Below are positions 9,347-19,403 of a DNA stretch of 64,000 nt, piece after piece. The DNA lies in NCBI GenBank assembly GCA_965227315.1, contig OZ245737.1, forward strand, positions 859,517-923,516. The letters run 5' to 3'. The position numbers and the translations under genes were made by a program. The notes under the pieces were generated by a model. That model had not been told where the DNA came from and ran no database searches. It saw only the letters and a list, made by a program, of their open reading frames with translations. The stretch's first letter is position 1, and each line of letters starts with the position of its first letter. The DNA is from Cytophagales bacterium (GTDB lineage Bacteria > Bacteroidota > Bacteroidia > Cytophagales > CCMP332).

Positions 9347-10597
9347 TTAGAGATTGGATTTTAGGCCATTGATCGTTCCCAACAGTCTGGCATGAAATTC
9401 TGATCCTGCAAACGGATCATCATACTCATGCCCCCTGGTACCGGAATACTCCCAGGTGAATCGATTTTGAAATATGGTCAGCTCTGCGTTCTCATCCTTC
9501 TCGATGATTGGCATATCCAACCCAAGGATCCTGGCAGGGCCAAGAGAAAAGAGCTCAGCTATTTTGACCTTTTTCAGGTCCTGCGATGTGCTGGTCCAAA
9601 AAGAAGGGAAACATGTTTCCAGTGTCCTTCCACCAAAGGAAGCAAGATCAAATTCCAGATCCCGGGATTCCGAATCCTGTGGAGAATGAGCCGAACTGAT
9701 CGCATCGATGGTTCCGTCTTCGGCGAATCTTGAAAGTCCCCTGATCGTCTTTTTCGATCTTAAGGGAGGGTCTAGCTTGTACCTAGTGGCATATCCTTCA
9801 AGATGACTCTCATCCAGACAGAAAAGATATGCGGGAACATCACAGCTCACCTTTAAGCCCTCGGATTTGGCCCTCTTAATAAGCCTCAGGCCCTCAAGAG
9901 TACTCAGCTTGGGAAAATGCACCCTGCCTCCATTCATTCTGAGCAGGTCAAGATCTCTTCTGATATGGACGGTCTCTGCTTCCTCTGAGAACCCCTTCAT
10001 GCCAAGTTTGGTACTGATCAACCCCTCGTTGACCTGAGCTCCACGTGATAGTTCCGGGTCCTTGGTCTGGCTAAAGATCGTAGCTTCACGATCATTCAAA
10101 TATCTCAATCCATTTGCGAACATTTCAGGATCTGCCTTTTGCCTTCCATCAATGAAGCCAACTGCTCCAGCTGTTAAGAGATCCTGAAGATCATTTAGCC
10201 GCTCATCCTGAAAATCCTGAGATAAGGCAGCCAGAGGGTGGACATGTATGCCAAAAGATCTCCCCTTCTCGATCAGGCTCAATATCAGATCTCTTGATTG
10301 AATGATCGGATCGGTAAACGGAAGTGTAACCAATCGCGTAAACCCACCTTTTGAAGCCAGCTCAAAGGTTTTGGCGATGCTTTCCTTGAACTCATAGCCG
10401 GGATCATTGATCCTGACATTCATGTCGATCCAACCCGGGCTGAGGCAAAGGCCCTTTTCGGCAATGACCTTGCCTTTCTTTTTAAGATCTTTTGAAATAT
10501 CCCTGATCTTACCCTTGTCTATAAAAACATCAACTCTCTTTTGAAAAAACCTGGACCTGGGGTCCAGGATGAGAGCGTCCTTTAGGGTGTAAGGCAT
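9347..10597 (-). CDS. Dihydroorotase-like amidohydrolase, probably non-catalytic (PyrC-prime-like)
   Basis: 416 aa with a class I DHOase-like layout. The metal-binding D-x-H-x-H is replaced by GWIDMNVRINDPG, and the TDHAPH region reads SSAHSPQ. Confidence 0.7.
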   Translation of the reverse strand: MPYTLKDALILDPRSRFFQKRVDVFIDKGKIRDISKDLKKKGKVIAEKGLCLSPGWIDMNVRINDPGYEFKESIAKTFELASKGGFTRLVTLPFTDPIIQSRDLILSLIEKGRSFGIHVHPLAALSQDFQDERLNDLQDLLTAGAVGFIDGRQKADPEMFANGLRYLNDREATIFSQTKDPELSRGAQVNEGLISTKLGMKGFSEEAETVHIRRDLDLLRMNGGRVHFPKLSTLEGLRLIKRAKSEGLKVSCDVPAYLFCLDESHLEGYATRYKLDPPLRSKKTIRGLSRFAEDGTIDAISSAHSPQDSESRDLEFDLASFGGRTLETCFPSFWTSTSQDLKKVKIAELFSLGPARILGLDMPIIEKDENAELTIFQNRFTWEYSGTRGHEYDDPFAGSEFHARLLGTINGLKSNL

Positions 10598-12613
10598 TTA
10601 GAGAAATCTAATGATCAGTGTTTCAGCGAGTAAAAAAACCAAGGCAAAAATAAGGCAATATTTCCAAAGGGGTCTACCCACAAAATCCATGTTATAGGAT
10701 TTGGAAATTTGCACACCAGACCCGCCTTCAAAGAATCTTACATTATCCCTGCTTTCGGAAAAAGCCTTAAGTTTCGAATAATCGATCACGGATATCTCGG
10801 ATTCCCTGGATGCCGTGTTGATCGCAATGGAACCACACACGGTGTCATTAAGGACCAGGTTAAAAAAGCCAGGCTTCAAGGGCCTTCCTTCCGTTGAGAG
10901 CAAAGCATACTTCCCGACTATCCTTTGATTGGGAATGATCTCCATACCCTCTCCTGACAGGCGGAATAGCTGGTCATCCGGCAATACCGATATCTTCACT
11001 TTCAAGAATTCCCTGTTGTATCTCTGAAACAGGGCCTGATCCTCTGATGAGGTGGAAAAAGCAGCCAAACGGAAAAATACCGGAACAAAAATCGAATGTT
11101 TGACAAAATTTCCATACTCGGGCAGCAAGGGCGAACCCATCATATAGAGCCTCCCCTGACCAACATTTGCATAGGCCAATAAGGGCTTTTCGTTGCGCAA
11201 ATTCAGAATTGATCTGTCCCATCCTTCCAGATCCCTTGTCAACTGAATATAGGGAAGGTCCATGCGCCTATCGAACTCGTCAAATACCCCTTCAAAAAAA
11301 GGATCTCCTTCTGATAAAGGGGCTATTTTGATATCCTGATCGGATTTGACCCTTGAACTGGATAATCCGTTTGACCTCATAAAGGATCGAAGGGCGAGTG
11401 AAGAAGAATCGCCTTCGGGCAAGAGCATCACATGTCCGCCCGATTCCAGGAACTCCTGTAAAAATCCATTTGGAAGATCCTGATAGTCAAGCCCGTCATG
11501 AACAATCAAAAGATCGGTTCTTTCCAAAACAGATAGATCCGGATTTCCGTAAGGCATAAAAGTCAGATCAAAGGCGGGTTCAGAATGGAAGAGGGCTGCC
11601 AGGTAGGGATTTGGCCTCACTCCTATTTCACTGACCCTGATATCACTCAATGGGGTCAGGATAAATCTAAAATGATTATCGCTTGAAATCCCTTCATCAT
11701 TGATCTCAATTGTGCAATTGAAATCCTTGGGGTTTTCCAGGCTTAGCTCAAAGACAAACTCCTCCTGTAGTCGATCTTCAAAGATGATGGTCTTGGAAGC
11801 TCTTTGGTTGCCATCAACGATCAGTCTAAGGCTTGCTTCCAGTCCCGAAAAGTCGCCCGATGCCTTCAGTATTCCTCTCAATTCGAAGCTATTTCCGACC
11901 TCAATAAAAGGTTTGGACAACCATACAGTATCTACATAGAAATTGGCCTTGGTCGTTGTGCTCAGGGGATAAAGGAAGTACTCGTTGAGGCTATCCATTG
12001 CCCATTCCTCAAGATCCCCAAAAGTATTTTCCTGAAAGTCGGAAAACATCCAGACCTCCTTTCTTCGGGATGTTGGCGGAAAAGAGTTGGCTTTCCGAAC
12101 GACCTCGTTTCCCTTCCTGAAATGAAGGGAATAATCCAGATCAGAAAACCGATCCAACAGGGAAGATCTTTCATAGGGGTATTCATCCGCGGAGGAAAAG
12201 GAATTGTCAAAAAAGAAGTAATCCCCGGAAAAATTGGTCTTGTCAATGATCTCACCCATGATGTTTCTTCCGGTGCTCAACCCATCGGCCCCTTCTCCGG
12301 CAACCTCCATGGAAAAAGAATTGTCCAGATAAAATACCCGATCCCAATTGCCGGGATCAGCTTTGTGCACAGCAGGTGGCAGAACAGGCTGAGAAAAAGC
12401 CAGCACCACCATAGAAATGGAAAGGATCCTTGCGAGAAGAACGAGCAAGTGTTTAAGATTCCTCGATTTTGATGAGGTTGTTTTAATTTCCTCAAGCCAA
12501 CGGACATTGGTAAAGGATATCTTTTTTAATCTTTGAAAATTAAAAAGATGGATCAGGATTGGAATCGAGATCAGGCCCAAGGCCCAAAGAATACCTGGAT
12601 TAAGGAATTGCAT
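10598..12613 (-). CDS. BatA-N (N-terminal double-transmembrane domain) membrane protein
   Basis: The N-terminus MQFLNPGILWALGLISIPILIHLFNFQRLKKISF matches the aerotolerance-regulator N-terminal signature. A C-terminal TM helix is present. Confidence 0.7.
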   Translation of the reverse strand: MQFLNPGILWALGLISIPILIHLFNFQRLKKISFTNVRWLEEIKTTSSKSRNLKHLLVLLARILSISMVVLAFSQPVLPPAVHKADPGNWDRVFYLDNSFSMEVAGEGADGLSTGRNIMGEIIDKTNFSGDYFFFDNSFSSADEYPYERSSLLDRFSDLDYSLHFRKGNEVVRKANSFPPTSRRKEVWMFSDFQENTFGDLEEWAMDSLNEYFLYPLSTTTKANFYVDTVWLSKPFIEVGNSFELRGILKASGDFSGLEASLRLIVDGNQRASKTIIFEDRLQEEFVFELSLENPKDFNCTIEINDEGISSDNHFRFILTPLSDIRVSEIGVRPNPYLAALFHSEPAFDLTFMPYGNPDLSVLERTDLLIVHDGLDYQDLPNGFLQEFLESGGHVMLLPEGDSSSLALRSFMRSNGLSSSRVKSDQDIKIAPLSEGDPFFEGVFDEFDRRMDLPYIQLTRDLEGWDRSILNLRNEKPLLAYANVGQGRLYMMGSPLLPEYGNFVKHSIFVPVFFRLAAFSTSSEDQALFQRYNREFLKVKISVLPDDQLFRLSGEGMEIIPNQRIVGKYALLSTEGRPLKPGFFNLVLNDTVCGSIAINTASRESEISVIDYSKLKAFSESRDNVRFFEGGSGVQISKSYNMDFVGRPLWKYCLIFALVFLLAETLIIRFL

Positions 12614-12710
12614 TTATTCTTCTAGCGGGTGTGAAAATAATTTGAATCAGGAATTAAAACGAATACCGGGCCAACTTGATATCCCCTGAAATAAATTGAA
12701 CAGATAATTT

Positions 12711-13301
12711 ATGAGCAATCCCGAAGATTTAAACCGTTTTATCAGGACAAGACGAAGCCTGTATCCCAAGCAATACACTGAAGAAAGGGTGAGTGATGAG
12801 ATCATCAATGAGATCCTGGAAAACGCCATCTGGGCTCCCACACACAAACTAACACAGCCCTGGAAGTTCAGGGTATTCACCGGTGATGGCCGGAAGGTTT
12901 TGGCGGATTTCCAAAGTGAGCTTTACCGCAAAGTGAGTATGGACAAGGGGATCTACAGGGAAGAGAACTTTCAAAAACTCAAGGAAAAGCCCCTGATGGC
13001 ATCGCATATTATTTCCATCGGCATGGTGCGCGATGAAAAAGAAAGGGTTCCGGAGATCGAAGAGATCAGTGCCGTAGCATGCGCGGTACAAAATATCTAT
13101 CTCAGTGTATCGGCATACGGCCTGGGCGGATATTGGGGCACCGGAGGCATTACCTACTTCGAAGAGGCCAAATCCTTTTTCGGTCTTGAAGAAAAGGATC
13201 GATTCATGGGCTTCTTCTACATAGGGATCCCGAATATTCAAAGAGAAATACCTGCCAGAAGGATACCAAAGGAAGATAAGGTGACCTGGGTGGAAAACTA
13301 A
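12711..13301 (+). CDS. Nitroreductase family protein
   Basis: RRSLYPKQY...ILENAIWAPTHKLTQPWKFRVF is a typical FMN nitroreductase N-terminus. Confidence 0.8.
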   Translation: MSNPEDLNRFIRTRRSLYPKQYTEERVSDEIINEILENAIWAPTHKLTQPWKFRVFTGDGRKVLADFQSELYRKVSMDKGIYREENFQKLKEKPLMASHIISIGMVRDEKERVPEIEEISAVACAVQNIYLSVSAYGLGGYWGTGGITYFEEAKSFFGLEEKDRFMGFFYIGIPNIQREIPARRIPKEDKVTWVEN

Positions 13302-14053
13302 ACCCCTTCTTCGGTAATCAATGCCGGTGATAAGCCCCTGGCCTGATCGATCTCTTCCATGATATCCATAAGAATATCCTCCACGGCCATGTTGGTATAT
13401 TTCCTGGGTTCCTTAAAGGCTACCAGAAGTCTCATCCCCTTCTTTTTAACCCAAAGCCCCTTTTTTTCAAATCCTTTTCTGAATCCTTCCACTTTCACGG
13501 GAACCACTATGGGATCGGCCTCAAGTATGATCTTGGCGGTGCCCTTTCTTGGAGGCGAAAAGGGCTTGGTTGTACCCTGCGGGAAGGTCACGACCCAGCC
13601 CGCCCCAAGTGCTTTTACGATCTTTTGTTGATCCTCTGGATTCACCTGCCTTTTCACGTCCTTTCCCTTTTCTCTCCAGGTCCTTCTCACGGTGATCGCA
13701 CCGGCCAGAGAAAACAAAAATGGTATGATGCCTCCTTTTTTCATGGTCTCACGAGCGGCCACATAATAACTTGTGACAAATGGCGGAAAAAGGTAAAACG
13801 GGTATTTCAGATTTGCCCTGGGCCTGTTCTTCATCATATTAAAACCATGATTGATGGCCGTGACATCCGCGAAATATGTCTGATGGTTGGATACAAAGAG
13901 CACATTGGATTTTGGCAATGACTCCAGATTTTTCAGCCCCGAAAAGCGGATCCTTTGCATCCTGGAGAATACATACCAGCTGATCGTCCCAAATACGACA
14001 ACAAGAATCCCTTTCAGAAAGTAGATATTGCCAAATGGATCTCTAAGTTTCAA
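13298..14053 (-). CDS. PlsC-family 1-acyl-sn-glycerol-3-phosphate acyltransferase-like protein
   Basis: An N-terminal TM helix, the HX4D motif in VSNHQTYFAD, and FPQGTT as block III. Confidence 0.7.
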   Translation of the reverse strand: MKLRDPFGNIYFLKGILVVVFGTISWYVFSRMQRIRFSGLKNLESLPKSNVLFVSNHQTYFADVTAINHGFNMMKNRPRANLKYPFYLFPPFVTSYYVAARETMKKGGIIPFLFSLAGAITVRRTWREKGKDVKRQVNPEDQQKIVKALGAGWVVTFPQGTTKPFSPPRKGTAKIILEADPIVVPVKVEGFRKGFEKKGLWVKKKGMRLLVAFKEPRKYTNMAVEDILMDIMEEIDQARGLSPALITEEGV

Positions 14054-14403
14054 GTCGATTGATCGGGTAGGTTTGGAAAGCCTATAAAAATGCCTTCTTC
14101 GCTTTCTTTAATTGGAAAAAACACTAGTTCGGTTGTTCGATTCTCAAGTTCGGAGCCTGTGCCTAAATCATAAATATACGAATGGAGATAACAAACGATC
14201 TCTCCTTTGTTGGTACAATAACCCCTTGAAAGCGGAACCCGACTATGAGGGCATTCGTCAAAAAATGCTCTGAGTTTATCGCCATTCCTGACAAGACATA
14301 CCCGCTGCTCCTTATACCTTAAGGCTCTTGGTTTCAGGTCATCCAGCTTCTCCCGTGCCTCTTCAAAACTCCTGAATACCCTGACCCACTTAAGCGCTTC
14401 CAA
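14050..14403 (-). CDS. Small Rieske [2Fe-2S] domain protein
   Basis: The CxH ... CxxH pair is present: ECPHSRV and IVCYLHSY. Confidence 0.7.
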   Translation of the reverse strand: MEALKWVRVFRSFEEAREKLDDLKPRALRYKEQRVCLVRNGDKLRAFFDECPHSRVPLSRGYCTNKGEIVCYLHSYIYDLGTGSELENRTTELVFFPIKESEEGIFIGFPNLPDQST

Positions 14404-15304
14404 TTCCCATATACTTTTCCAGGTACGAAACGATCAAGTCCCCTTCATCCGGATCGAACCATTTAATCTCTTTGTCCTTCCTAAACCAGGTCATTTGCTT
14501 TTTGGCGAAGTTCCTTGTGTTGGCCTTGATCTGTTCTCTGGCCTCATCGAATGATGTATTTCCCTCCAATGCCTCAAATATCTCAACATATCCCACAGAA
14601 TTCAGGGCCTTGGCCTCCTTAAAAGGTAAAAGAGTCCGGACCTCATTCACCAGCCCCTCCGCGAACATCCTATCTACCCTTTGACCGATCCTATGATTCA
14701 AAATATCCCTGTCCATTCTCAAGCCCACCTTCACCACCTTATAGTCTTTCTTTTTTGTTCTTTTCGCAGCTGTCAATTCGGAAAATGAAACTCCGGTTTG
14801 CCTCATCACCTCGAGTGCACGGATAACCCTTCTGGGATTCTTCCGGTCTATCTTCTCATAATAGATCGGATCCTTTTCGCGCAACTCTTCATTGAGCGTA
14901 TCCAGACCCTGATTGATCAGTATGGATTCCAGATCTTCTCTGATCTCCTGGTTCTCAGGTGGAAGATCATGAAATCCGTTTAAAACGGCATCAATAAACA
15001 AACCCGAACCTCCCACCATGATCAATCGCTCATTTGACCGGAAGTAATCTTGAATAAAATCATCCGCCAACTTCGCATAAGATGCTGCACTCAGGTGATC
15101 CTCCGGTTTTCTGAAAGCCACAAAATGGTGCTTTACGTTCTTTTTTTCCAGATCAGTGGGAGCAGCGGTACCGATTTCCATCCCGGAATACAATTGTCTT
15201 GAGTCCGCCGATATGATCTCAGCGCCAAACCTTTTGCCAAGGAGAATGGCCATTTCGGTTTTTCCAACCGCGGTGGGTCCAACAATGAGGATGAGGACTT
15301 TCAA
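14390..15304 (-). CDS. miaA: tRNA dimethylallyltransferase
   Basis: P-loop IVGPTAVGKTEMAI, DSRQLYSGMEIGTA, and a length of 304 aa. The start codon is TTG. Confidence 0.9.
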   Translation of the reverse strand: MKVLILIVGPTAVGKTEMAILLGKRFGAEIISADSRQLYSGMEIGTAAPTDLEKKNVKHHFVAFRKPEDHLSAASYAKLADDFIQDYFRSNERLIMVGGSGLFIDAVLNGFHDLPPENQEIREDLESILINQGLDTLNEELREKDPIYYEKIDRKNPRRVIRALEVMRQTGVSFSELTAAKRTKKKDYKVVKVGLRMDRDILNHRIGQRVDRMFAEGLVNEVRTLLPFKEAKALNSVGYVEIFEALEGNTSFDEAREQIKANTRNFAKKQMTWFRKDKEIKWFDPDEGDLIVSYLEKYMGIGSA

Positions 15305-15400
15305 AATCTAGAAGACAATGGGAAGTACAGCGGAATAATATTGAAATCCAATGGTTAAAATCACAAATTTCGTTCATTTGTGTTGTCCAAATTGTCAATT

Positions 15401-15769
15401 ATGGCTGGTAAAGTTCTTGTATTGGAAGATAGTCTGGTGGTCCAAAAACTGATCAGGCAGGTGCTTGTATTGCAGGGCTATGAGGTAAGTCCTGCAAAGG
15501 ATGGTCGGGAAGGACTTGATATCGCCAAAAAAGAGGAGTTTGATTTCATTTTGGTAGACCTTTTGATGCCGGTTATGGATGGCCTTGAGTTCCTCAAAAA
15601 GCTTCGATCTTCAAAAGGAAAGAATGCAAATACCGTTGCGATCGTCATTTCCGGAAATGAGTCCAATTTGAAACTGGAAGACCTGAAGGAGCTTCATGTA
15701 CTGGAGATCCTGGAAAAGCCAATTGATTTTGACAAGCTGAGTATAATCCTGAAAAACCTTAAAAGTTAA
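15401..15769 (+). CDS. Single-domain response regulator (CheY-like receiver)
   Basis: VLVLEDS...FDFILVDLLMPVMDG...ISG, with the phospho-acceptor Asp in context. The ATG at 15401 is preferred over the GTG at 15380. Confidence 0.8.
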   Translation: MAGKVLVLEDSLVVQKLIRQVLVLQGYEVSPAKDGREGLDIAKKEEFDFILVDLLMPVMDGLEFLKKLRSSKGKNANTVAIVISGNESNLKLEDLKELHVLEILEKPIDFDKLSIILKNLKS

Positions 15770-15774
15770 AGTTC

Positions 15775-16050
15775 TTGCCGGTTAAGTTCTCCAATCATTA
15801 TTTGAATAAACTTGAAGATCTTTTTTCCGAGACGGAATATATTCTTCGCTACGAAAAAGGAAATTTTAAATCCGGGTATTGTCTACTCAAAGATGACAAA
15901 GTGGCTCTGATCAATAAATTTCACCCGCTGGAAAGAAAAATTTCAAATCTCATCGACATTATTCGGCAGATCGAGGTCGATCCTGAGATATTCTCCGACA
16001 AGAACAAGGTGCTCTACCGCCAATTGATGCAAGCTGAAATAAAGCTTTGA
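15775..16050 (+). CDS. Hypothetical protein (91 aa)
   Basis: An ORF with a TTG start that overlaps the next gene's start by 4 nt. No motif was recognised. Confidence 0.4.
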   Translation: MPVKFSNHYLNKLEDLFSETEYILRYEKGNFKSGYCLLKDDKVALINKFHPLERKISNLIDIIRQIEVDPEIFSDKNKVLYRQLMQAEIKL

Positions 16051-16808
16051 GAATTACATTTCTGGGTACCGGAACTTCACAGGGCGTTCCTGTAATTGCC
16101 TGCGATTGCAGGGTCTGCCAAAGCGATGATCCCAGAGACAAGAGGCTCAGAACATCCATCCTGGTGGAATGGGGCGATCTGAATCTTGTGGTGGACACCG
16201 GACCTGACTTCAGGGAACAAATGCTGAGGAACAAGGTGAAAAGACTTGACGCCATATTGATTACCCATGGTCATCGGGACCATATTGCCGGATTGGATGA
16301 AGTAAGATCTTTCAATTTCAAACAGGGCTCTTCCATTCCCCTATTTGCACAACTCATCACCACGGATAAGCTGAAAAAGGATTTTTCATACATATTCTCG
16401 GAACATGATTATCCCGGCTTGCCAAGGATAGAATTGGAACCCCGAGAGAATGAGATCTTTATGATCGGAGACAAGCCAATTATACCAGTTGAGGTCATGC
16501 ATTATAAATTGCCGGTTTGGGGATTTCGCTTCGACGATTTCACCTATATCACCGATGCGAAGAGCATATCGGATCAAGAACTCGACAAGATCAGGGGTTC
16601 AAAAACCCTGGTACTCAACGCCCTGCAAAAAGAGTCGCATATTTCACATTTGACCTTGAGCGAAGCCCTGGAACTTATTCGGGTTCTAAAGCCAGAAAAG
16701 GCGTATCTGACCCATATCAGTCATAATCTCGGGCTTCATAAAGAGGTGTCGAAAGAGTTACCCATAGGAGTGGAACTCGCCTATGATGGATTAAGTATCG
16801 AGGCATAA
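16047..16808 (+). CDS. MBL-fold metallo-hydrolase (PhnP/GPMetallo-like)
   Basis: MRITFLGTGTSQGVP and the THGHRDHIAG motif (HxHxDH). Confidence 0.8.
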   Translation: MRITFLGTGTSQGVPVIACDCRVCQSDDPRDKRLRTSILVEWGDLNLVVDTGPDFREQMLRNKVKRLDAILITHGHRDHIAGLDEVRSFNFKQGSSIPLFAQLITTDKLKKDFSYIFSEHDYPGLPRIELEPRENEIFMIGDKPIIPVEVMHYKLPVWGFRFDDFTYITDAKSISDQELDKIRGSKTLVLNALQKESHISHLTLSEALELIRVLKPEKAYLTHISHNLGLHKEVSKELPIGVELAYDGLSIEA

Positions 16809-18352
16809 TGGCCTATTCCTACCTTGTATTGAAAAAGTTTGTCCCCGGCATCAATAGGGCATTATCGGGTTCGATCTTCCGGACCAGCCTCTCTTATAAG
16901 AAGAATTGCCTGGCCCTCCTTTTTGAAGGCGAAAAGGGAAAAGATATTGCCTTGCTCGTTGAATTAAATCCGGGCAGGGAGATCATTGAGATCCGGGATC
17001 AATATAACCCTCCGAAAAAGAATTACTCGGAGCTCTTCCTCCCCCTGCGCGGATCAAAAAATCAAGGAGCATATCTCCAACACCTGGAGCGGGTGATCAA
17101 TCTGAAATTTGAAAATGGTTTTCTCCTCTCCATACAATTGTTTGGCAGCAACTCAAACCTGAGACTTTCCCAATCGGGAAAACAGGTGGAGGGCTTTAAA
17201 ACCAAGGAAGAAAGATCAGGCGTTAGGCTGGATCAACGGCCTGTTAGTATCACCATAGATCACATGATCTCCGACACCGCAGCTTTGAAAAAGAGCTTTC
17301 CCTTTGTAGATAAATGGACCGCCCAATATTTGGAGTCAAAGGATTTTTTTGGACTTTCCCTTGAAAGACAACAAACAGCACTTAACGAAATCTTTCTAAG
17401 TGAAGATCCATCATCAGAGCTTTTCATCCATCCTGAGGACCCTCCTCAGCTGAGCCCTTTTCAGCTCGGGGGTTGGGTGAGCCTTGGAGCTGATCCCGTG
17501 ATTTCATTCAGGGAATATGCCTGGCGGTCAAGAAATTATTTCGAATTCAAAAAACCCCGGGAATCAGAGATCAAAAAACGAAAGAAGGAGATCCAAAAAC
17601 TCGACGAACTACTGATTAGATTAGAAAAGGATCTGAGTCAAAAACTGGAAAGCGATCCATTTTCAAAAAAAGCAGATCTGCTCATGGCCAACCTGCACAT
17701 CTTCCAGGAAGGTATCAACGAGGCGGAGGTGGACGATTTTTATACCGGAAAGAAGATCAAACTGAAGATCAAGGAAAATATCAGTCCACAGAAGCAGGCA
17801 GAAAAATGGTATTCAAAGTCGAAAAACAGAAATCTGGAGATCGAACAACTGGAAGATCGGCTGAGAAAAAACAAAGAGCTCCTGTTAAAAAAAGAAGAGG
17901 ATCTCAAAATGATCTCATCGGTCCACAGTATTCGTGAATTCAATAAAATGTCAAAAAAGGCTGAAAAAAGGCCTTCACCATCGCAGGAACAACAAACCCT
18001 TCCTTACAAGGTTCATAATTTCCAGGGCTTTGAGATCAGGGTTGGAAGAAGCGGAGCCAAAAATGACCTGCTTCTCAGTTCGTTCTCAAAAAGGTCCGAT
18101 CTGTGGTTTCACGTCAGAGATGCAGCGGGATCACATGTGATCCTGGTCCGGGCTCAGGAGGAAAGCATCCCGGAGGAGGTTATACAAAGGGCAGCCGGGC
18201 TGGCCATATACAATTCGAAACGAAGAAATGAGATGAATTGTCCGGTGATCATGACCGAAAGAAAGTACGTCAGAAAAATAAAAGGAGCCGCCCCCGGCCT
18301 TGTCAAGGTCGAGAGAGAAAAGGTGGTTTTTGCTAATCCCGTGAATTCTTGA
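16808..18352 (+). CDS. NFACT-family RNA-binding protein (RqcH/FbpA-like, with DUF814/NFACT-R)
   Basis: An NFACT-N-like LERVINLKF...GSNSNLRL, a long coiled-coil K/E-rich middle, and the NFACT-R motif WFHVRDAAGSHVILV. Confidence 0.7.
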   Translation: MAYSYLVLKKFVPGINRALSGSIFRTSLSYKKNCLALLFEGEKGKDIALLVELNPGREIIEIRDQYNPPKKNYSELFLPLRGSKNQGAYLQHLERVINLKFENGFLLSIQLFGSNSNLRLSQSGKQVEGFKTKEERSGVRLDQRPVSITIDHMISDTAALKKSFPFVDKWTAQYLESKDFFGLSLERQQTALNEIFLSEDPSSELFIHPEDPPQLSPFQLGGWVSLGADPVISFREYAWRSRNYFEFKKPRESEIKKRKKEIQKLDELLIRLEKDLSQKLESDPFSKKADLLMANLHIFQEGINEAEVDDFYTGKKIKLKIKENISPQKQAEKWYSKSKNRNLEIEQLEDRLRKNKELLLKKEEDLKMISSVHSIREFNKMSKKAEKRPSPSQEQQTLPYKVHNFQGFEIRVGRSGAKNDLLLSSFSKRSDLWFHVRDAAGSHVILVRAQEESIPEEVIQRAAGLAIYNSKRRNEMNCPVIMTERKYVRKIKGAAPGLVKVEREKVVFANPVNS

Positions 18353-19349
18353 TCTGTCCCTTGCTGGCAGGGTTTATCAGGAACAGGATATAGGCGATCA
18401 ATCCAAGGAACAGGGTAATGATCAATGTGCCTCCATTGTCTACAATTGCAAAATCCTTTCCATCCTGGCCAGGGAGTCCAAAGGCAATGAACAACTGCCA
18501 AACCACATAGTGAAAAGGCCCCATACCATTTGGCACTGGTAAAACCCAACCGAGGCCACCGATAAAAAACACCACAAAGGCAAAATAGAAACTCAGGCTC
18601 TCTGTTTCCTTCAGAGAGAGAAAGAAGGCGTAGGTCAGCAGTACCAGGAAGGCCCAAAGAAAAAACGTGTAGACGGTAAACCGCAGAGGGTGCTTGAGTG
18701 TTCGAACGCTTTTCGCCGACTTCCACAACTCGTCGGCAAAATCATAAACCTTCTGTCCGACTTTTCCACCTTTGGATTTGATCCTGGTATTCTTGAGTAT
18801 CCAAAAACCGATCAAGCCCAAGAACACAAAGACCCCGATCCCAAACCAAAGTCTGGTCGATCCAACCATGCCGGATAGTCTTGAGAACACATTGTATATG
18901 AGGTCTTTCAATAGGGAAAATTCCAGGAAAAAGATCACCAGGATACCCATACCCAAAACAAACAGGTCCGCTACCCTTTCTATGATAACCGTACCAAGAG
19001 ATTTGGCCACTGGCACATCCTCACTTCGGTATAGTGTTGAACAGCGGGCGATCTCACCCAGTCTTGGTGTAAGGCTATTTACACCATAGCATATGAGTAC
19101 TGAGTTCAGTGTATTGAGAAAAGAGACTTTGTTCCCGGCTTCCTCCAGCAATAATTGCCACCTAAGCGTGCGAAATACATGACTGAAAAAGAGGAATAAA
19201 CCGGCCAACAGCACATAACCCCAACGGACATCCTTAAGGTCATCTATAATAACCCCAATCGGTCTATCCCTGAGTGTAATGATGAGAAAGAAGGCGGCGA
19301 TGCCGGCTCCCACCAAAAATTTTAGTACCTCCCTGAGCCAGTTTTTCAT
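18333..19349 (-). CDS. UPF0104 / lysylphosphatidylglycerol-synthase-TM-like (flippase-like) membrane protein
   Basis: About 8 TM helices and an RTLRWQLLL motif after TM2. Confidence 0.55.
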   Translation of the reverse strand: MKNWLREVLKFLVGAGIAAFFLIITLRDRPIGVIIDDLKDVRWGYVLLAGLFLFFSHVFRTLRWQLLLEEAGNKVSFLNTLNSVLICYGVNSLTPRLGEIARCSTLYRSEDVPVAKSLGTVIIERVADLFVLGMGILVIFFLEFSLLKDLIYNVFSRLSGMVGSTRLWFGIGVFVFLGLIGFWILKNTRIKSKGGKVGQKVYDFADELWKSAKSVRTLKHPLRFTVYTFFLWAFLVLLTYAFFLSLKETESLSFYFAFVVFFIGGLGWVLPVPNGMGPFHYVVWQLFIAFGLPGQDGKDFAIVDNGGTLIITLFLGLIAYILFLINPASKGQIKNSRD

Positions 19350-19403
19350 GAAAGCCGCAAAGAAAAGATAATTAGGAAACTAATTCCTCTTTGAGATGTA
19401 TGA

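Noticed and set aside
11804-12472. A 222-aa plus-strand ORF.
   Set aside because: It lies entirely antisense within the 671-aa BatA-N gene, which has a recognisable N-terminal signature. The antisense product has no motif and an odd composition.
18154-18726. A 190-aa minus-strand ORF overlapping the NFACT 3' end and the UPF0104-like gene.
   Set aside because: It is an alternative frame of the 338-aa membrane protein gene. The product is Cys/Trp/Pro/Arg-rich, and the longer ORF (18333-19349) gives clean TM helices.
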